Assembly (NCBI GenBank): GCA_002269645.1
Contig: NIVC01002751.1
Coordinates: 62,001 to 126,000, forward strand
DNA length: 64,000 bases
From: Macrostomum lignano
Taxonomy: Eukaryota
Direction of reading: 5' to 3'
The position numbers were made by a program, and so were the translations under genes. The notes under the pieces are model-generated. The model had not been told where the DNA came from, made no database searches, and worked only from the letters and a program-made list of their open reading frames with translations. Each line of letters opens with the position of its first letter. Position 1 is the stretch's first letter. Positions 1 through 12,186 of this stretch are shown piece after piece.

Positions 1-16
1 ATGCTTCTGAGTGCCC

Positions 17-113
17 AATTTGCAATCAAAGCATGTCGGAGTGACCAAGTTGGAATCAAGGCATGTCGGAGTGACCAAGATGAAATCAAGGCATGTCAGA
101 GTGACCAAGTTGG
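17..113. repeat. 30-bp tandem repeat, ~3 copies
   Basis: Unit TGGAATCAAGGCATGTCGGAGTGACCAAGT is repeated; explains ORF 11..232. Confidence 0.8.
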
Positions 114-904
114 AATTGGTCGGGGTTAACCAGATTGTTGAAGGAGGAGTCCAAACGCATGCTGGGGTGACTAATCTGGCAAGAGAGGGAGATTCAAACT
201 GGTTGAATTTGATTATTCGATTCAACCGGTAAATCCCCAATTAGATTGTCCCAAGGATTCTATCAGCTTTTTTGCAGTTCCCAGTTTCAAGACGCGACAA
301 TGACTAAGCGTTGCGTTGTGCGGTGCGACAGTTTTTTATGATGATTCATTATGAAGAGCCACGGGGATAGCTGATACAGAATACTGATGCAGCCCGTACA
401 GTCAACCATCCGCCGCCCAGCTTCACTGGCGCAGATGAAGCCAATTTGCTGCTAAGCTAAGAAAAAGACTACGGTAGCTAAAATAACGAGAGAAAATAAG
501 CGTGTGTTGCTTTGGCCAAAGAGTAGCCGAGAAAGGCCCAGATGGTTGGTAAAGGTGCGAACTGTATTTTCAGTTTAGATTTGTTTCAGTCGGCTTATGC
601 CATAAGGCCCGCGTCAGCAGCTAGTTGGGATACGTTTACCCATCTCGATGCCCCCCCCCCTCCGTCGGCTTGTAAAACCTAGGGTTTATTGGTCTCTCTC
701 TCTGCCCCGAACTGTCCTGCGTCATAAAAACTATTGGGGCTCTACCGTCCCAGAGAGAGGATTTCCGAAACTTTGCGTGGCTATTGGATCTGTTGGATCA
801 AGCCACCCTCAACAAGGGGCTATTGAAGTGAATTTCGCCTAAAGGTTATCTGTAGGGACAGTTCTAAAACCTATTGAAAGATGCAAGCGTTTTTATTGGT
901 TGTA

Positions 905-2232
905 TAGCAGATCAGGTTCGGTCAGGTGTCAGTTTCTGTCGGGCGTCAGGTTCTGTCGGGTGTCAAGTTCTGTCAGGTGTCAGATTCTGTCAGGTGTCAG
1001 GTTCTGTCAGGTGTCAGGTTCTGTCAGGTGTCAGGTTCTGTCAGGTGTCAGGTTCTGTCGGGTGTCAGGTTCTGTCGGGTGTCAGGTTCTGTCGGGTGTC
1101 AGGTTCTTTCAGGTGTCAGGTTCTGTCAGGTGTCAGGTTCTGTCGGGTGTCAGGTTATGTCAGGTGTCAGGTTCTGTCGGGTGTCAGGTTCTGTCGGGTG
1201 TCAGGTTCTGTCAGGTGTCAGGTTCTGTCAGGTGTCAGGTTCTGTCGGGTGTCAGGTTATGTCAGGTGTCAGGTTCTGTCGGGTGTCAGGTTCTGTCAGG
1301 TGTCAGGTTCTGTCAGGTGTCAGGTTCTGTCAGGTTCTGCCGGGTATCAGGTTGTGTCAGGTGTCAGGTTATGTCAGGTGTCAGGTTCTGTCGGGTGTCA
1401 GGTTCTGTCGGGTGTCAGGTTCTGTCGGGTGTCAGGTTCTTTCAGGTGTCAGGTTCTGTCAGGTGTCAGGTTCTGTCGGGTGTCAGGTTATGTCAGGTGT
1501 CAGGTTCTGTCGGGTGTCAGGTTCTGTCAGGTGTCAGGTTCTGTCAGGTGTCAGGTTCTGTCAGGTTCTGCCGGGTATCAGGTTGTGTCAGGTGTCAGGT
1601 TATGTCAGGTGTCAAGTTATGTCAGGTGTCAGGTTCTGTCAGGTGTCAGGTTCTGTCAGGTTCTGCCGGGTATCAGGTTGTGTCAGGTGTCAGGTTATGT
1701 CAGGTGTCAAGTTATGTCAGGTGTCAGGTTCTGTAGGATGTCAGATTCTGTCAGGTGTCAGGTTCTGTCAGGTGTCAGGTTCTGTCGGGTGTCAGGTTCT
1801 GTCGGGTGTCAGGTTCTGTCGGGTGTCAGGTTCTTTTAGGTGTCAGGTTCTGTCAGGTGTCAGGTTCTGTCGGGTGTCAGGTTATGTCAGGTGTCAGGTT
1901 CTGTCGGGTGTCAGGTTCTGTCAGGTGTCAGGTTCTGTCAGGTGTCAGGTTCTGTCGGGTGTCAGGTTCTGTCGGGTGTCAGGTTCTTTCAGGTGTCAGG
2001 TTCTGTCGGGTGTCAGGTTCTGTCGGGTGTCAGGTTATGTCAGGTGTCAGGTTCTGTCAGGTGTCAGGTTCTGTCAGGTGTCAGGTTCTGTCGGGTGTCA
2101 GGTTCTTTCAGGTGTCAGGTTCTGTCGGGTGTCAGGTTCTGTCGGGTGTCAGGTTATGTCAGGTGTCAGGTTCTGTCGGGTGTCAGGTTCTGTCGGGTGT
2201 CAGGTTATGTCAGGTGTCAGGTTCTGTCGGAT
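905..2232. repeat. 17-bp minisatellite (GTCAGGTTCT+GTCAGGT variants), probably intronic in the Caskin-like gene
   Basis: ~1.3 kb of TGTCAGGTTCTGTCAGG variants; produces the overlapping periodic ORFs 874-2306. Confidence 0.95.
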
Positions 2233-2373
2233 GTAGGCTTCTTTCGGGTTTCTTTTGGGTTCCGCTACTCCTTCTACTACAAGAGGTGAAAGGACCAAAC
2301 TTATAGTTTCTTAGAAATGTTTCAAAACATCAAAATAACATCTGCGTCGCTTCTCCCCCGTCGCCACTCCCAG

Positions 2374-2556
2374 GCCACCAGAAAAAGCTGATGCTGCTGG
2401 CTGACCGGCTCAAGCGACTGCAGGCATCTGGCGGTCACGGCAGCAGCCCAGACCGGAGGCACAACTGTCAGACTCAGCAATCTTCATCAGCAGAGGACAC
2501 TGTTGGCACCGAGGTGGCCATTCGAACTCATGCTCAGCGCGGCGAATGCCTGTCAG
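2374..2556 (+). CDS. CASKIN: Caskin-like protein, exon encoding the end of a SAM domain
   Basis: Acceptor ccactcccag|, translation (G)HQKKLMLLADRLKRLQ matches the Caskin SAM end GHQKKLMLAVRKL; donor tcag|gtgagt, phase 1. Upstream exons lie outside the window. Confidence 0.8.
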
Positions 2557-3034
2557 GTGAGTCCCATTTGCTTTGTGGCCGCCTGTTAAGCACACGAAAG
2601 TTCTGTAGGGTCCGAGGTTGACTTTGCTATAATGTGCAAGGACTACTGGTTGTAAGGATATCGAATTTTAAGTCTGATGGGATTTTGGGTTGTTGATATT
2701 AAGCCAGTGCATAGGAGTCCAAGATGGTTGTTCTTCAGGAAAAATTATATATGATTTGGTCCGGAATTATTCTGGTTCACAAAACTCTCAACAATCCTCT
2801 TTTAAAATTGTACTTTAATTACTTTAACAGTTCCACGTTAAATTGACAAATTATTAAAGTCAAAATGTACCAGAAAAGTTCCTTTGACATTCCTTCCTTC
2901 GGCGACATCGTCCTTCAACCCTAGCGCTGACGGCAATTCTGCCCATTCATTTGACTCCTGAGCACACACAAGCGCCAGTACTGTACTCAGGCACAGCACT
3001 CGTGCACACGCTCACACAGGGTGTACAGCAGCCC

Positions 3035-3200
3035 TGACTTTCTAATCGTCAGGCGTGTTGTACACTCTCTGTTCCTTGGGGGCTGGCCCCCACGGGTGTG
3101 AATTGCAAGACAACCCCCTTCCTGAGCACAAGCTTCAAATTAGTGCGGCTGCGCACGGAATCGAACCCAGGACCTGTAGCGAGAGTCAGACACGTTTACT
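3035..3200 (-). mobile_element. tRNA-derived SINE, family B (degenerate)
   Basis: Minus-strand B-box GGTTCGATTCC; head and body (CCCCCAAGGAACAGAGAGTGT...GCCTGACGATT) match the copy at 10735-10900. Confidence 0.7.
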
Positions 3201-3523
3201 GCTGATTTGTTCTGCCCTCCCCCCAAACGCATACCGGTAGTCGCTGATAGGATATATAGAAATAGCAGTGTACAGTTTGTACAGTGCTGCTACCCAATCA
3301 CAGCAGGGGCTCAGGAGCTTGGCTGGTTTCGTTGTTGGGTGACACTAGTAGGCCTATTCACTGGCGCACTAACCGCAGCCGACTCTGCTTAACTTTGTGC
3401 AGTTCCGACTTGACTGCAAACGCGCCAGACCTCTGGGCTTTAACGAACTTCCCCCCCCCCAGAATTTCGCACCTCGTTTTTGCACTCTGGCGTTTTTTCC
3501 TCACACTCGCTGCGACCACGCAG

Positions 3524-3631
3524 ACCCCGCCTGCGGCAGCAGCGGCTGCGCCAGCTTCCTGGCCACGACGCACTCGATGAACCGGGCCAGCAGCAACGGC
3601 CCGCTGCTGTCACCGATCCTCGAATCGGCAG
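3524..3631 (+). CDS. Candidate cassette exon of the Caskin-like gene
   Basis: Pyrimidine tract plus cacgcag|, 108 nt open (DPACGSS...SPILESA), donor g|gtagct; phase 1-1 fits the flanking exons. Confidence 0.4.
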
Positions 3632-4400
3632 GTAGCTTTATTAAATCGAACCTGTTAATCAATTTATTATACAAGCTGTTGCTAAGCTGGTGATTTTTTT
3701 TAAAATTCCTTTAAAAAGCGCTTTTCATGTGGTCGATTGCTTATCAAACTTTGTGCTCAATTCTAAGCCTTTGTTTTAATTAGTCTTGACGATTACACTG
3801 AAAGTTTATTTTACCGATTGCTTTAATTAATTCTTTGATTGCTTAAAGTAAAGTATTCGAAACAGCTTCTAAGCGCTAGTGAGAAAATTATAAAAGTTCC
3901 TAATGCCATGTGAATTTCATTAGTTTAAAACGCAGTGCAGTGCATGCTAAACCATGCCATTACCCAACTGTGTTGTGCTTCCACACCGAGTGTCAATCAA
4001 GCAGCTAATTGAACGCGCCCAGACTCCTTTAAGCCTCTGCAGCAGAGCTGCTACATGCCTATCAAATGCTAGAAAAATAGTATTAACATATTATCAAGTT
4101 CCTTCAGAAGGGAATGCGGTTGGAAACTTGATCTCTATATTGCGCTGTAGCTAAGAAGTTTAGATAAGAACACTTGATTCAGAAAGATATTTCTAGCTTT
4201 TGAAGCACCTCCCTTTTGCTTTACTGTCAGTAGCCTGTTCGGAAAAAAACCGCGCTTTTCATTAAAAATAAGCTCAACTTATCCGTAACTAGCTGCGAAA
4301 AAGTTGCTCCATGCATAAAATAGACCTAGTGCTTCGACTGTGCTACTTAAAGTAGTTTCAGCGAATATCAGTCTCCATTTTCTTCCTATTCTATTCGCAG

Positions 4401-5145
4401 CCCTAAGTGAAGCCGGGTCTCACCAGCACCAGCCGCAGCACCAGGCCTGCCAGTGGGACTCGCAGCTGCTGCACCAGCGAGCTGGCAAGCCCGTCGCCAA
4501 GATTCTTGGCCGACCGGTAGCCGTTGCCATCCCGGAGGTGCCAACGACGGTCTCGCCTTCGAATAATGCTGCTGCAACCACCGGGGCCGCCGCCGCTTGT
4601 GCTGCTGCCGTCCCGATGGCGAAGGTGCCTCCAAAGCCGCCGAAACGAGTGACATCGATTCGCCGAGAGGGCAGTCGGGATCGATGCGCAGAGCGGGACA
4701 GCTCGCCGCCACCGCCGCCACCGCCGCCACCGCCGCCGCCTCCATCGGAACAACAGCAGCAGCAGCAGCAGCAGCAGCCAGCTCCGCAGAGTAATCAGAA
4801 TCAACCGTACGAGAACTTGAGTGTCATCGAGAATGTCATCCGAGAGATCAGCCAGCAGCACAGCGGCGCCGGCGTCAGTGGCGGCAGTCCGGCTGCAGGA
4901 GTCAGATCGGACTCAGCCGCGTCCATTCCGTTCGCTAACGAGAACTGCGGCACCATCAGGCAGAGGCCGGTGCACCCTGGCGTGGTGTCGCACAGCCATT
5001 CGCATTCCTCGCCTAGTCGGTCTCCGGCTGGCGGTGGCGGCAGTCCGAAGATCGGCGGCCTGCGCACTGGTCCGCCCGTGCCGCAGCGGCAGCAGCAGCA
5101 TCTAATCGGGATGTCGGCTGCCGGCGCGTCGCCAGCCGCTAATCG
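4401..5145 (+). CDS. CASKIN: Caskin-like protein, proline/glutamine-rich exon
   Basis: Acceptor ctattcgcag| phase 1 matches the upstream donor; KVPPKPPKR, poly-P/Q and IPFANENCGTIRQRP (cf. Caskin PFAEEGNLTIKQRP); donor cg|gtaag, phase 2. Confidence 0.8.
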
Positions 5146-5296
5146 GTAAGGACACACAAAGCAGTGGTAAGAGAGCTTCCCTGAAGAAGATTTCAGCAAT
5201 GATGACGGGATGCCGCATGAGTTGCATTGGATCATAGACTGCTTGAAAATATTTTAATCCAGGAGCGTGATGTTTGCTTCCAATTGTGCTAGAAAA

Positions 5297-5750
5297 TCAC
5301 GGATGTTGCATGAAGAATATTTTTTAAACCCGTTAGTGGTACTGGAAGATCATGGATGTTGCATGAAGATTTATTTAAATCCGTTAATGTTACTGGAAGA
5401 TCATGGATGTTGCATGAAGATTTATTTAAATCCGTTAGTGGTACTGGAAGATCACGGATGTTGCATGAAGATTTATTTGAATCCGTTAGTGGTACTGGAA
5501 GATCATGGATGTTGCATGAAGAATATTATTTGAGCCCGTTAGTGGTACTGGAAGATCACGGATGTTGCATGAAGAATATTATTTGAGCCCGTTAGTGGTA
5601 CTGGAAGATCAAGGATGTTGCATGAAGAATATTATTTGAGTCCGTTAGTGGTACTGGAAGATCATGGATGTTTCATGAAAAATATTATTTGAGTCCGTTA
5701 GTGGTACTGGAAGATCATGGATGTTGCATGAAGAATATTATTTGAATTCA
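5297..5750. repeat. 51-53-bp intronic tandem repeat, ~9 copies
   Basis: Unit CATGGATGTTGCATGAAGATTTATTTAAATCCGTTAGTGGTACTGGAAGAT. Confidence 0.95.
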
Positions 5751-5854
5751 ATGATGGTACAGAAATATCACAGGCACCATCTAGAGATTATGCGAGTAGG
5801 ATATTGTATGAGGTGATTTAAAGACCAAAAAACCGTTCCTGTTCACCCCAACAG

Positions 5855-5987
5855 CCGGCGGCCGTTTCACGGTCTCAAAGCGCCACCACGAGACGATTCT
5901 TTCTCAAACTTGGACGATATCTGCGACATGCTGAGCGATTTGCAGTCCATTTTGGACAAAGAGCTGCGCGGCCAAGCGGCCACGTGA
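5855..5987 (+). CDS. CASKIN: Caskin-like protein, last coding exon (Caskin tail motif)
   Basis: Acceptor cccaacag| phase 2; encodes ...FSNLDDICDMLSDLQSILDKELRGQAAT*, resembling the Caskin C-terminal [26 protein letters not shown] near 6088. Confidence 0.75.
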
Positions 5988-6139
5988 CCTGCGTGGAGTG
6001 CGTCTTTTTCACCGTCTCTGTTTTTTCGAATTCAGCTTTTCTTTATTAAAATCTGTCTCGGCCATTCGCGTTTGTTAGGGGTAGCTAATAAAATAAGATA
6101 TACTCTGCTTTGTGTCGAAACAGCCTACATGTAAAGTTT

Positions 6140-6470
6140 GTCTGTCTCCGTCTATTTATCTGTCTCCGTCTATTTGTCTCTGCATGTTTGTCTGCTTGTC
6201 TGTTTGTCTCAGTCTGTCTGTCTCTCTCAGTCTGTTTGCCTCAGTCTGTTTGCCTCCATTTGTTTGTCTCCGTCTGTTTGTCTGCTTGTTTATTTGTCTC
6301 AGTCTGTTTGTTTGCTTGTCTCTGTCTGTCTCAGTCTGTTTGCCTCAGTCTGTCTGACTCCGTCTATTTGTCTCAAGTCTGTTTGTCTCAGTCTGTTTGT
6401 CTCAGTCTGTTTGCTCAGTCTGTTTGTATGCCTGTATCAGTCCGTCTACATCTGTTTGCCTGTGTCAGTC
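6140..6470. repeat. Degenerate TGTC/TGTT low-complexity tract
   Basis: Tetranucleotide-like periodicity; ORFs 6110-6650 are artefacts. Confidence 0.85.
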
Positions 6471-7326
6471 CGTTCTTCTCTCAGCCGCTGCAGGCTCTCA
6501 TCTCGGCCTTTTCCTAACCAAAGCAAGCAACCAAAGTCGAACCTCTCACCACCCAAGCCCAGACCAAGAAGCACATTGGCACTGTCGAAGTACTTTAGTT
6601 ATGCTGGCGTGTACATCCATAACGTATTGGCGTTCTGGTATTGTGTATAGAATTTATCCTTTTCTGCGTAAGATGCCTCAGTGTCATTATAAAATTGCAC
6701 CGAAATACTGTTATATATATTTTTTATATTTATTAAAAGCTACTAACGACCGATTTTTCAATTAACAGTGACACTAGTGTGCTCCGGGGGATATAAATAC
6801 GTGGGAAAACAATAGCTGATCATCCCTAACGTGAATTAGATCAACCAACTGGGCCTTCTTTCCCCAGCCAGAGCCTGACGGCACTGAAGTACAGAGAGAA
6901 ATTCCGTTAATGTACATTTACAACTGGCTACTATGATACATATATGCTGGGACTGGTGAATCTTAATCTGATTACAATGACAATATATAAAATACAGATT
7001 TGTTTAAACAAAATTGTTAAAAACAGTTTTATTAGATTTGTGTTCATAAAAGATTCAACGCGACTGCGTAAGGATATGTTGGTTACTTAAGCCGTGTTTT
7101 TTTACAATTCTTTCGTTCGCAGTTCAAGTCGGGTGATTGCTCGGGTGCCAAGGCTGCATGGGAATAGAGCAGATACCACTGTAGTTCATTCAAGGACCAC
7201 CAATAGTTACCGGTGAATCAGGACGTGGCACTTGTCCAAATTTAGTGGTAACTTTGCTTTAAAATGCATTGGCGAGATAATAAATCTAAATTTTTTAAGC
7301 ACTTAATGAGCTATAGTTTATCTTCT

Positions 7327-7632
7327 GGGGCTGCAGCCTAGTGGTTAAAGCGTTGGACTGAAAGGTCGGAGGTTCGATTCCCGACCTACTCGGAACAATT
7401 TGTGTCCTTGAGCAAGACACTTAACTCTGCATTGGTTCAGTTCACTCAGCTGTAAAATGGGTGCCAGCATTAGCTGGGGTAATTTTGGTGTGTGGCGACC
7501 CCCCAGTCCTTGGACTGAACAGCCGTACGCAGCCTTCAGATGCGCCGCGCAATAGCTGCGGCTGAGCTGTCGGTTGCACATCTGTCGATTGGGGCAAGTG
7601 CAATCAATTAGCACTATTATTATTATTATTAT
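7327..7632 (+). mobile_element. tRNA-derived SINE with CORE (MIR-like) domain, family A
   Basis: A-box TAGTGGTTAAAGCG, B-box GGTTCGATTCC, central GTGTCCTTGAGCAAGACACTTAAC...CAGCTGTAAAATGGG similar to the MIR CORE, (ATT)n tail. Confidence 0.8.
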
Positions 7633-7639
7633 TGTCATG

Positions 7640-8480
7640 ATGAATCGAGCAAGGCATTTTGACCCCGACACCGATCGTGAGTTTGAAGAAGAAGACGACA
7701 GTGTTTTCACTGATGATGAAGACGAAACAGATCAAGGCAAACAAGATATTGCCGCTGACGATGGTGCATTCAACGTTTGCATTGGTCTAAAATGGAGTTC
7801 TATGCTACACCATTCTTCCAGCTGCGAGCCTGTCTGCAAAGAGACAGGTGTCAGCAGATCAGCAGTCTATTACGCTTCTACGACTGCACCAACTTTGGCA
7901 CCGCTGATCCTCTAGCTAAGGGCAGGCCCTTCATCAACTGCGTGCCGCAGATCTGCCGGAATATGCCATAGAAGAAGCTAAGCGTAGAAGAAGAACTGGT
8001 GCTGTTCAGAGGAAGAGTGCTGTTCCGCCAATTACACTCCAGCAAAAAAGCGCGGTAGGGCATTAAGATTTATTGCTTTTGTGAGGCAAAAACAGGTTAT
8101 GTTAGGTTTAGATAACTTTGAGTATATTACGAGTACAGCAGCAAATTGAGCCGCAGACCACAGATTTGAGACTAATGAGAACAGGTCATCCGCAGTCTTG
8201 GAGCTTTAAGCAAGTTCTAGTGGTCCTTCATAGGGTTAGTCATAGGTGTTGCTCAGACGCCAATTGGCTCAACGGAAATTGTTCACATTCCAAAGGTTCA
8301 TATGAAATTTCTTAGCAGATCAGATGCCATAGGCTCGTGGAGAATCGTTTTTGTACATTCTGACTGTGCTTGAGACTTGGGCTGTGTGGGCTGGGATACA
8401 GATGATGTCATGGTGAAAGCCTAACAGACAGCAGGTCCCGTCTATTGGATAGGGTCCATCTTATATTAAGCAAACTTAGG
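7640..8480 (+). pseudogene. piggyBac (PGBD-type) transposase relic
   Basis: Acidic N-terminus, then LRFYD...DPLAKGRPF...KLSVEEELVLFRGRVLFRQLHSSKKAR*GIKIYCFCEAKTGYV, matching piggyBac LSVDES..FKGR..FKQYIPSK..RYGIK; stops and deletions. Confidence 0.8.
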
Positions 8481-8540
8481 AAAATGCACTGATAAGTTAC
8501 TCTGTTGTGGTTTCATTCACATAATTAGGCAGTCCGCTTT

Positions 8541-9034
8541 TTAAACTTCGTCAGCTTGAGTCGCCGCCTCAGTCGCTCCCGGATTGGCAATAATCAGTCG
8601 GTTGCTAAGCAACAGCGGCGGTCGGATCAATTCGCTGGAGCTGCGCGGCAACAGTTCGAATCCGTTTGAGTCAGGCAGCCCGAGCTGGAGGCGGCTGCGA
8701 GGTCGCCGGTCTTCGGTGTCGTCAGTGTAATCATTGTCGTCGTAAGCAGCTTGCTGCTGTTGTTGCCGTTGATCGTTAAGCGATGCCGAGACGCGGCGAA
8801 GCAGCAGCCAGATGGCGTCACGATACGACGGCGGCGGTGGCGGCGTTCGCTGACCAGAGTCGTGTGCTGCCACAACCGCTGGTCGGGGCATCCCGATGGC
8901 TTCCGAGTAGCTGGGCGGACTGCTGCTCCGCCAGTGTCGCTGGTAGTTGCAGTGACATCGGCAGTCGAAGCTGTTACCAGCTCTGATGATGCCGTCTGTG
9001 GATTGGGGATTTGAATCCCAGCTACGGTTTGGGG
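8541..9034 (-). CDS. TMEM151: TMEM151-like, last exon (cytoplasmic tail)
   Basis: Acceptor tttag| phase 1; open to TAA at 8541; two PY-like motifs, PPSYSEA and PPPSYRDA. Confidence 0.65.
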
Positions 9035-9350
9035 CTAAACTGTCCTACCTACATTTAGTCCATAGGATTTGGTCCTTGCTGTCAAGTCAAAGACGCTTTG
9101 CTTTCAAATAGTTTTTCAAATATTTTTCAATGAGGGCCGATTATGTCCCAAAACCAGCACTAAAAGCCGTTGACAAACCATATTTGTACATTAGCTAGAA
9201 AGTCATTTCGAAAGACTAATTGATCATCATGTTCGCTAAGTTACTCCTGTTTCTCAACTATTATATCCAGATACTCGTAATTACGTCACTCCCTTTTGGA
9301 TCTGTCCCTACATTTAAACAATAGTCAGCATAAAAGTTACAGCCACTCAC

Positions 9351-9666
9351 CATCATTAGTCAGCAGTAGCAGGTGGCCGAACGACTTCTGCACGTGACAG
9401 TGAGCCGTGGCCAACCGGCACTGGATTACAATCCTTAGCGGCCAGGACAGAAGCAGCAGCGCTGCGGCGGTGTAAATCCAAGGGCTCAGGTACCAGGGCT
9501 GTCGGGACTTCGACAAGGCGATGATGTAATCCGGACAGCTGACTCGCAGCAGGTCGAAGCCTTCGCGAGTCTCCGCGTAGTCGTCCAGTCTTTCGTGGTT
9601 GTGGTAGAATGCGGCGCGTTGACTGTTGAACATCACCTCGGCCTCAGGGCACAGGAAGGTACATCC
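9351..9666 (-). CDS. TMEM151: TMEM151-like, exon 3
   Basis: cccacag|GCTFLCPEAEVMFNSQRAAFY...LDDYAETREG...PWY...LLSWPLRIV...HCHVQKSFG; donor g|gtgagt. Confidence 0.88.
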
Positions 9667-9724
9667 CTGTGGGCGTCGGTTGCATGTTGATTCGAATATG
9701 CAATTTGTGTTTGCTTGTGGATCA

Positions 9725-10030
9725 AGCTACGAGTACGTAACCAGCTTTGCTCACAAGATACTGAATCGGTTAGCCAAGCTACTCAAGCGGTTTTGCTAAC
9801 AAGATACTGAACCGGTTAGCCAAGCTACTCAAGCGGTTTTGCTAACAAGATACTGAACCGGTTAGCCAAGTTACTCAAGCGGTTTTGCTCACAAGATACT
9901 GAACCGGTTAGCCAAGTTACTCAAGTGGTTTTGCTCACAAGATACTGAATCGGTTAGCCAAGCTACTCAAGCGGTTTTGCTAACAAGATACTGAACCGGT
10001 TAGCCAAGCTACTCAAGCGGTTTTGCTAAC
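9725..10030. repeat. 46-bp intronic tandem repeat, ~7 copies
   Basis: Unit GCTACTCAAGCGGTTTTGCTAACAAGATACTGAACCGGTTAGCCAA fills most of TMEM151 intron 2. Confidence 0.95.
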
Positions 10031-10053
10031 AGAACATTCAAACAGTTGCGTAC

Positions 10054-10392
10054 CTTGGAGAAGTCCACCCTAGTCGCTGGAAACCGCTCCAAGCCCCACA
10101 GCCGATAGCTGGTGTCAAGACAGCCGCAGACGGAGAAATTGAACGCACCAGTAACTGTCCGACTGTTGACCCGCTGGTACAGCGACTGACCTCTGCCGCA
10201 GCCGCCGCCGCCGACGCCGCCGCCGCTATCGCAGACGTTTCCGCCGCCTCTGGAAACAATGTAGCGCCGGCGCAAGTTCTGCCTGGCGTTATGTTGGCGC
10301 CTAGAATAGTGATAGGCGGTCATTTTCCACCATAGAAGGGGCAGAGCGGCGCGCATCCGGTCCAGCAGTTGATAGACGCGTGACACAGGAAC
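10054..10392 (-). CDS. TMEM151: TMEM151-like, exon 2
   Basis: VPVSRVYQLLDRMRAALPLLWWKMTAYHY...YQRVNSRT...TRVDFSK matches the TMEM151 core; donor aag|gtacgc. An alternative in-frame acceptor lies 21 nt upstream. Confidence 0.85.
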
Positions 10393-10734
10393 CTTTATAG
10401 TTAAGAAATATGACTGAAATCAACGCAAAAAAGACTGTAATCGACGAGCAAATGGCTGTTATTGATGAAAAAAAGTGCGCCCATCCATGGGACCGCTCGA
10501 TCTGTGTGAGCACGTTAGAGAAAACTGGAGGCTTTGGGCAGACTGGGTAGGGTGGGGCGAGAGTACAATGGGCACGATAGCACAACAATTGATAATATGG
10601 AATACAAGGTTCCATCGATGGAAAAAAGAGATAATGAGCAGAAGTTAAGAATCAATGATGAGATAATCATGATGAAATTATGAGATCAGGAAACTGATCT
10701 CATCATCTCTAAATAACTAAATAGAGATGGGAAA

Positions 10735-10900
10735 GAGCAGCTCAGCGGTAGACGCGTCTGACTCTCGCACCGCGACCCCAGGTTCGATTCCGTTCGTGGC
10801 CGCATTCGTCTCTGGGTTGTCGTGCGATTAACATTCATGAGGGCCGACCCCCAAGGCACAGAGGGTGTGCATGCCTGACGATTTGTAAGTCGTCAGCGCC
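10735..10900 (+). mobile_element. tRNA-derived SINE, family B
   Basis: A-box GCTCAGCGGTAGACGCG, B-box GGTTCGATTCC, no proper acceptor stem; second copy at 3035-3200. Confidence 0.75.
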
Positions 10901-11832
10901 AGTCAGTGCTCAAAAGTCAGCAAAATGAACAAACAAAATTGTCTCAGTGCTGGTTGCGGAACGCTTTCGCCGAACGGATGCCCACAACTCTGCTACAAAT
11001 ATTTATTTATTGGTTGTAGCTCACCTCACTAATGTCCAACAACAGTAAGCAGTAACCACAAATTTTTATGACCAGCTTCGCTTGATTTCGGTTCGGTTCG
11101 GTTCGGTTTCAGAAATTCGTCACAATTCGACTCGAAGAAAAGCAGCTGCCAGGCTGGCGGTGCCTGACTGAAGTTTCTGTTCGCGGGAACCAATTTGCAT
11201 GACATTTGCATGCCATCATGCTCCGTCTGTTGCTGAAAAAAACTTTTTTACCACTAGAAATCCAAAAGCCTCAAGTTGCACCAGTTTTATATCATCCGAG
11301 TTGTGTATGCATTTAAAAGTTCCCGGATGTGGTCGTTTGAGCATTATATTTTACAAGTGAGTTAGATATGGATGCATTTATAACATATGCGTATTAGCCA
11401 TTTTTTATTGACCTTTCCTTTAAATTTAAAACACTGTTTCAGGTAGGGTACTTCCTATGCTTAAGAAAGTGCACCCTGTTATGGCCTTCGGTGTCACGTG
11501 CAGTGAGGTACAAGTAACACACTGTGCCGACCTAATTCATGACCTGAAGAAACACGGAAACGAATTTTACAGTCCAAATGCTGACCAAATCAAATAGAAA
11601 AATGAGTGAGCGCTGAAGTTCGAAGAAGGACGCTGAATATCAACAACAACAGAAGAGCGCGCGCGCTGTTACAAGAGGTCTTGAATCTCTAGGACGGAAC
11701 AGGCTAGAGACAGCTGCTAGACAGGCTTAGAGCCGATTTCAATGAAAATCATCCGTGTGCTTCCAAGTCTCTGCGTTGTATGCAGTAGGACAAGTGTCAA
11801 AATAAGTGTGACAAGTGTGATAAAATTCTCAC

Positions 11833-12186
11833 CTTATGCCAAACCTGCATTCGCGAATGGCTGCCCCAGCACTCGATCAGGTAGGCCAGGTAAAACAGCA
11901 TCGCCAGGCCTGTAGGCGCGTACAGCTGGGCTCTGTCGCACCTGCGCTCTCGCTCTCCGTCGTGAGCTGCACCCGTTTCCACCGCTGCGGCTGCAGCTGC
12001 GTTGTCATCAGTAGCAGGCACGAACACGCGACACCAGCTGACAGCAACCAGACAGGCTACAACCGCGGCCGTCAGGCAGAAGCACTTCCAGTGGCTGTCG
12101 TGACGCAACGCCTGAAGCAGGGACCGCCTTCGAGGCCTCTGCGGAAGGGAGCGGGTTTTTGAGTCATAGCTCCGGCTTAAGCTCAT
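11833..12186 (-). CDS. TMEM151: TMEM151-like, first coding exon
   Basis: ATG at 12186; two hydrophobic segments, LAYLIECWGSHSR motif; donor aag|gtgaga, phase 0. Confidence 0.82.

Noticed and set aside
874-2306. Long Cys/Gly/Val-rich ORFs
   Set aside because: Translations of the 17-bp array, whose unit lacks stops on this strand.
4386-5235. Antisense or alternate-frame ORFs over GC-rich exons (also around 37270-37900 and 40390-41215)
   Set aside because: Expected shadows of GC-rich triplet-repeat coding sequence.
7327-7390. tRNA genes at 7327, 10735, 51621 and 3140
   Set aside because: A/B boxes are present, but acceptor and anticodon stems do not pair, there is no Pol III terminator, and each continues into a shared SINE body.
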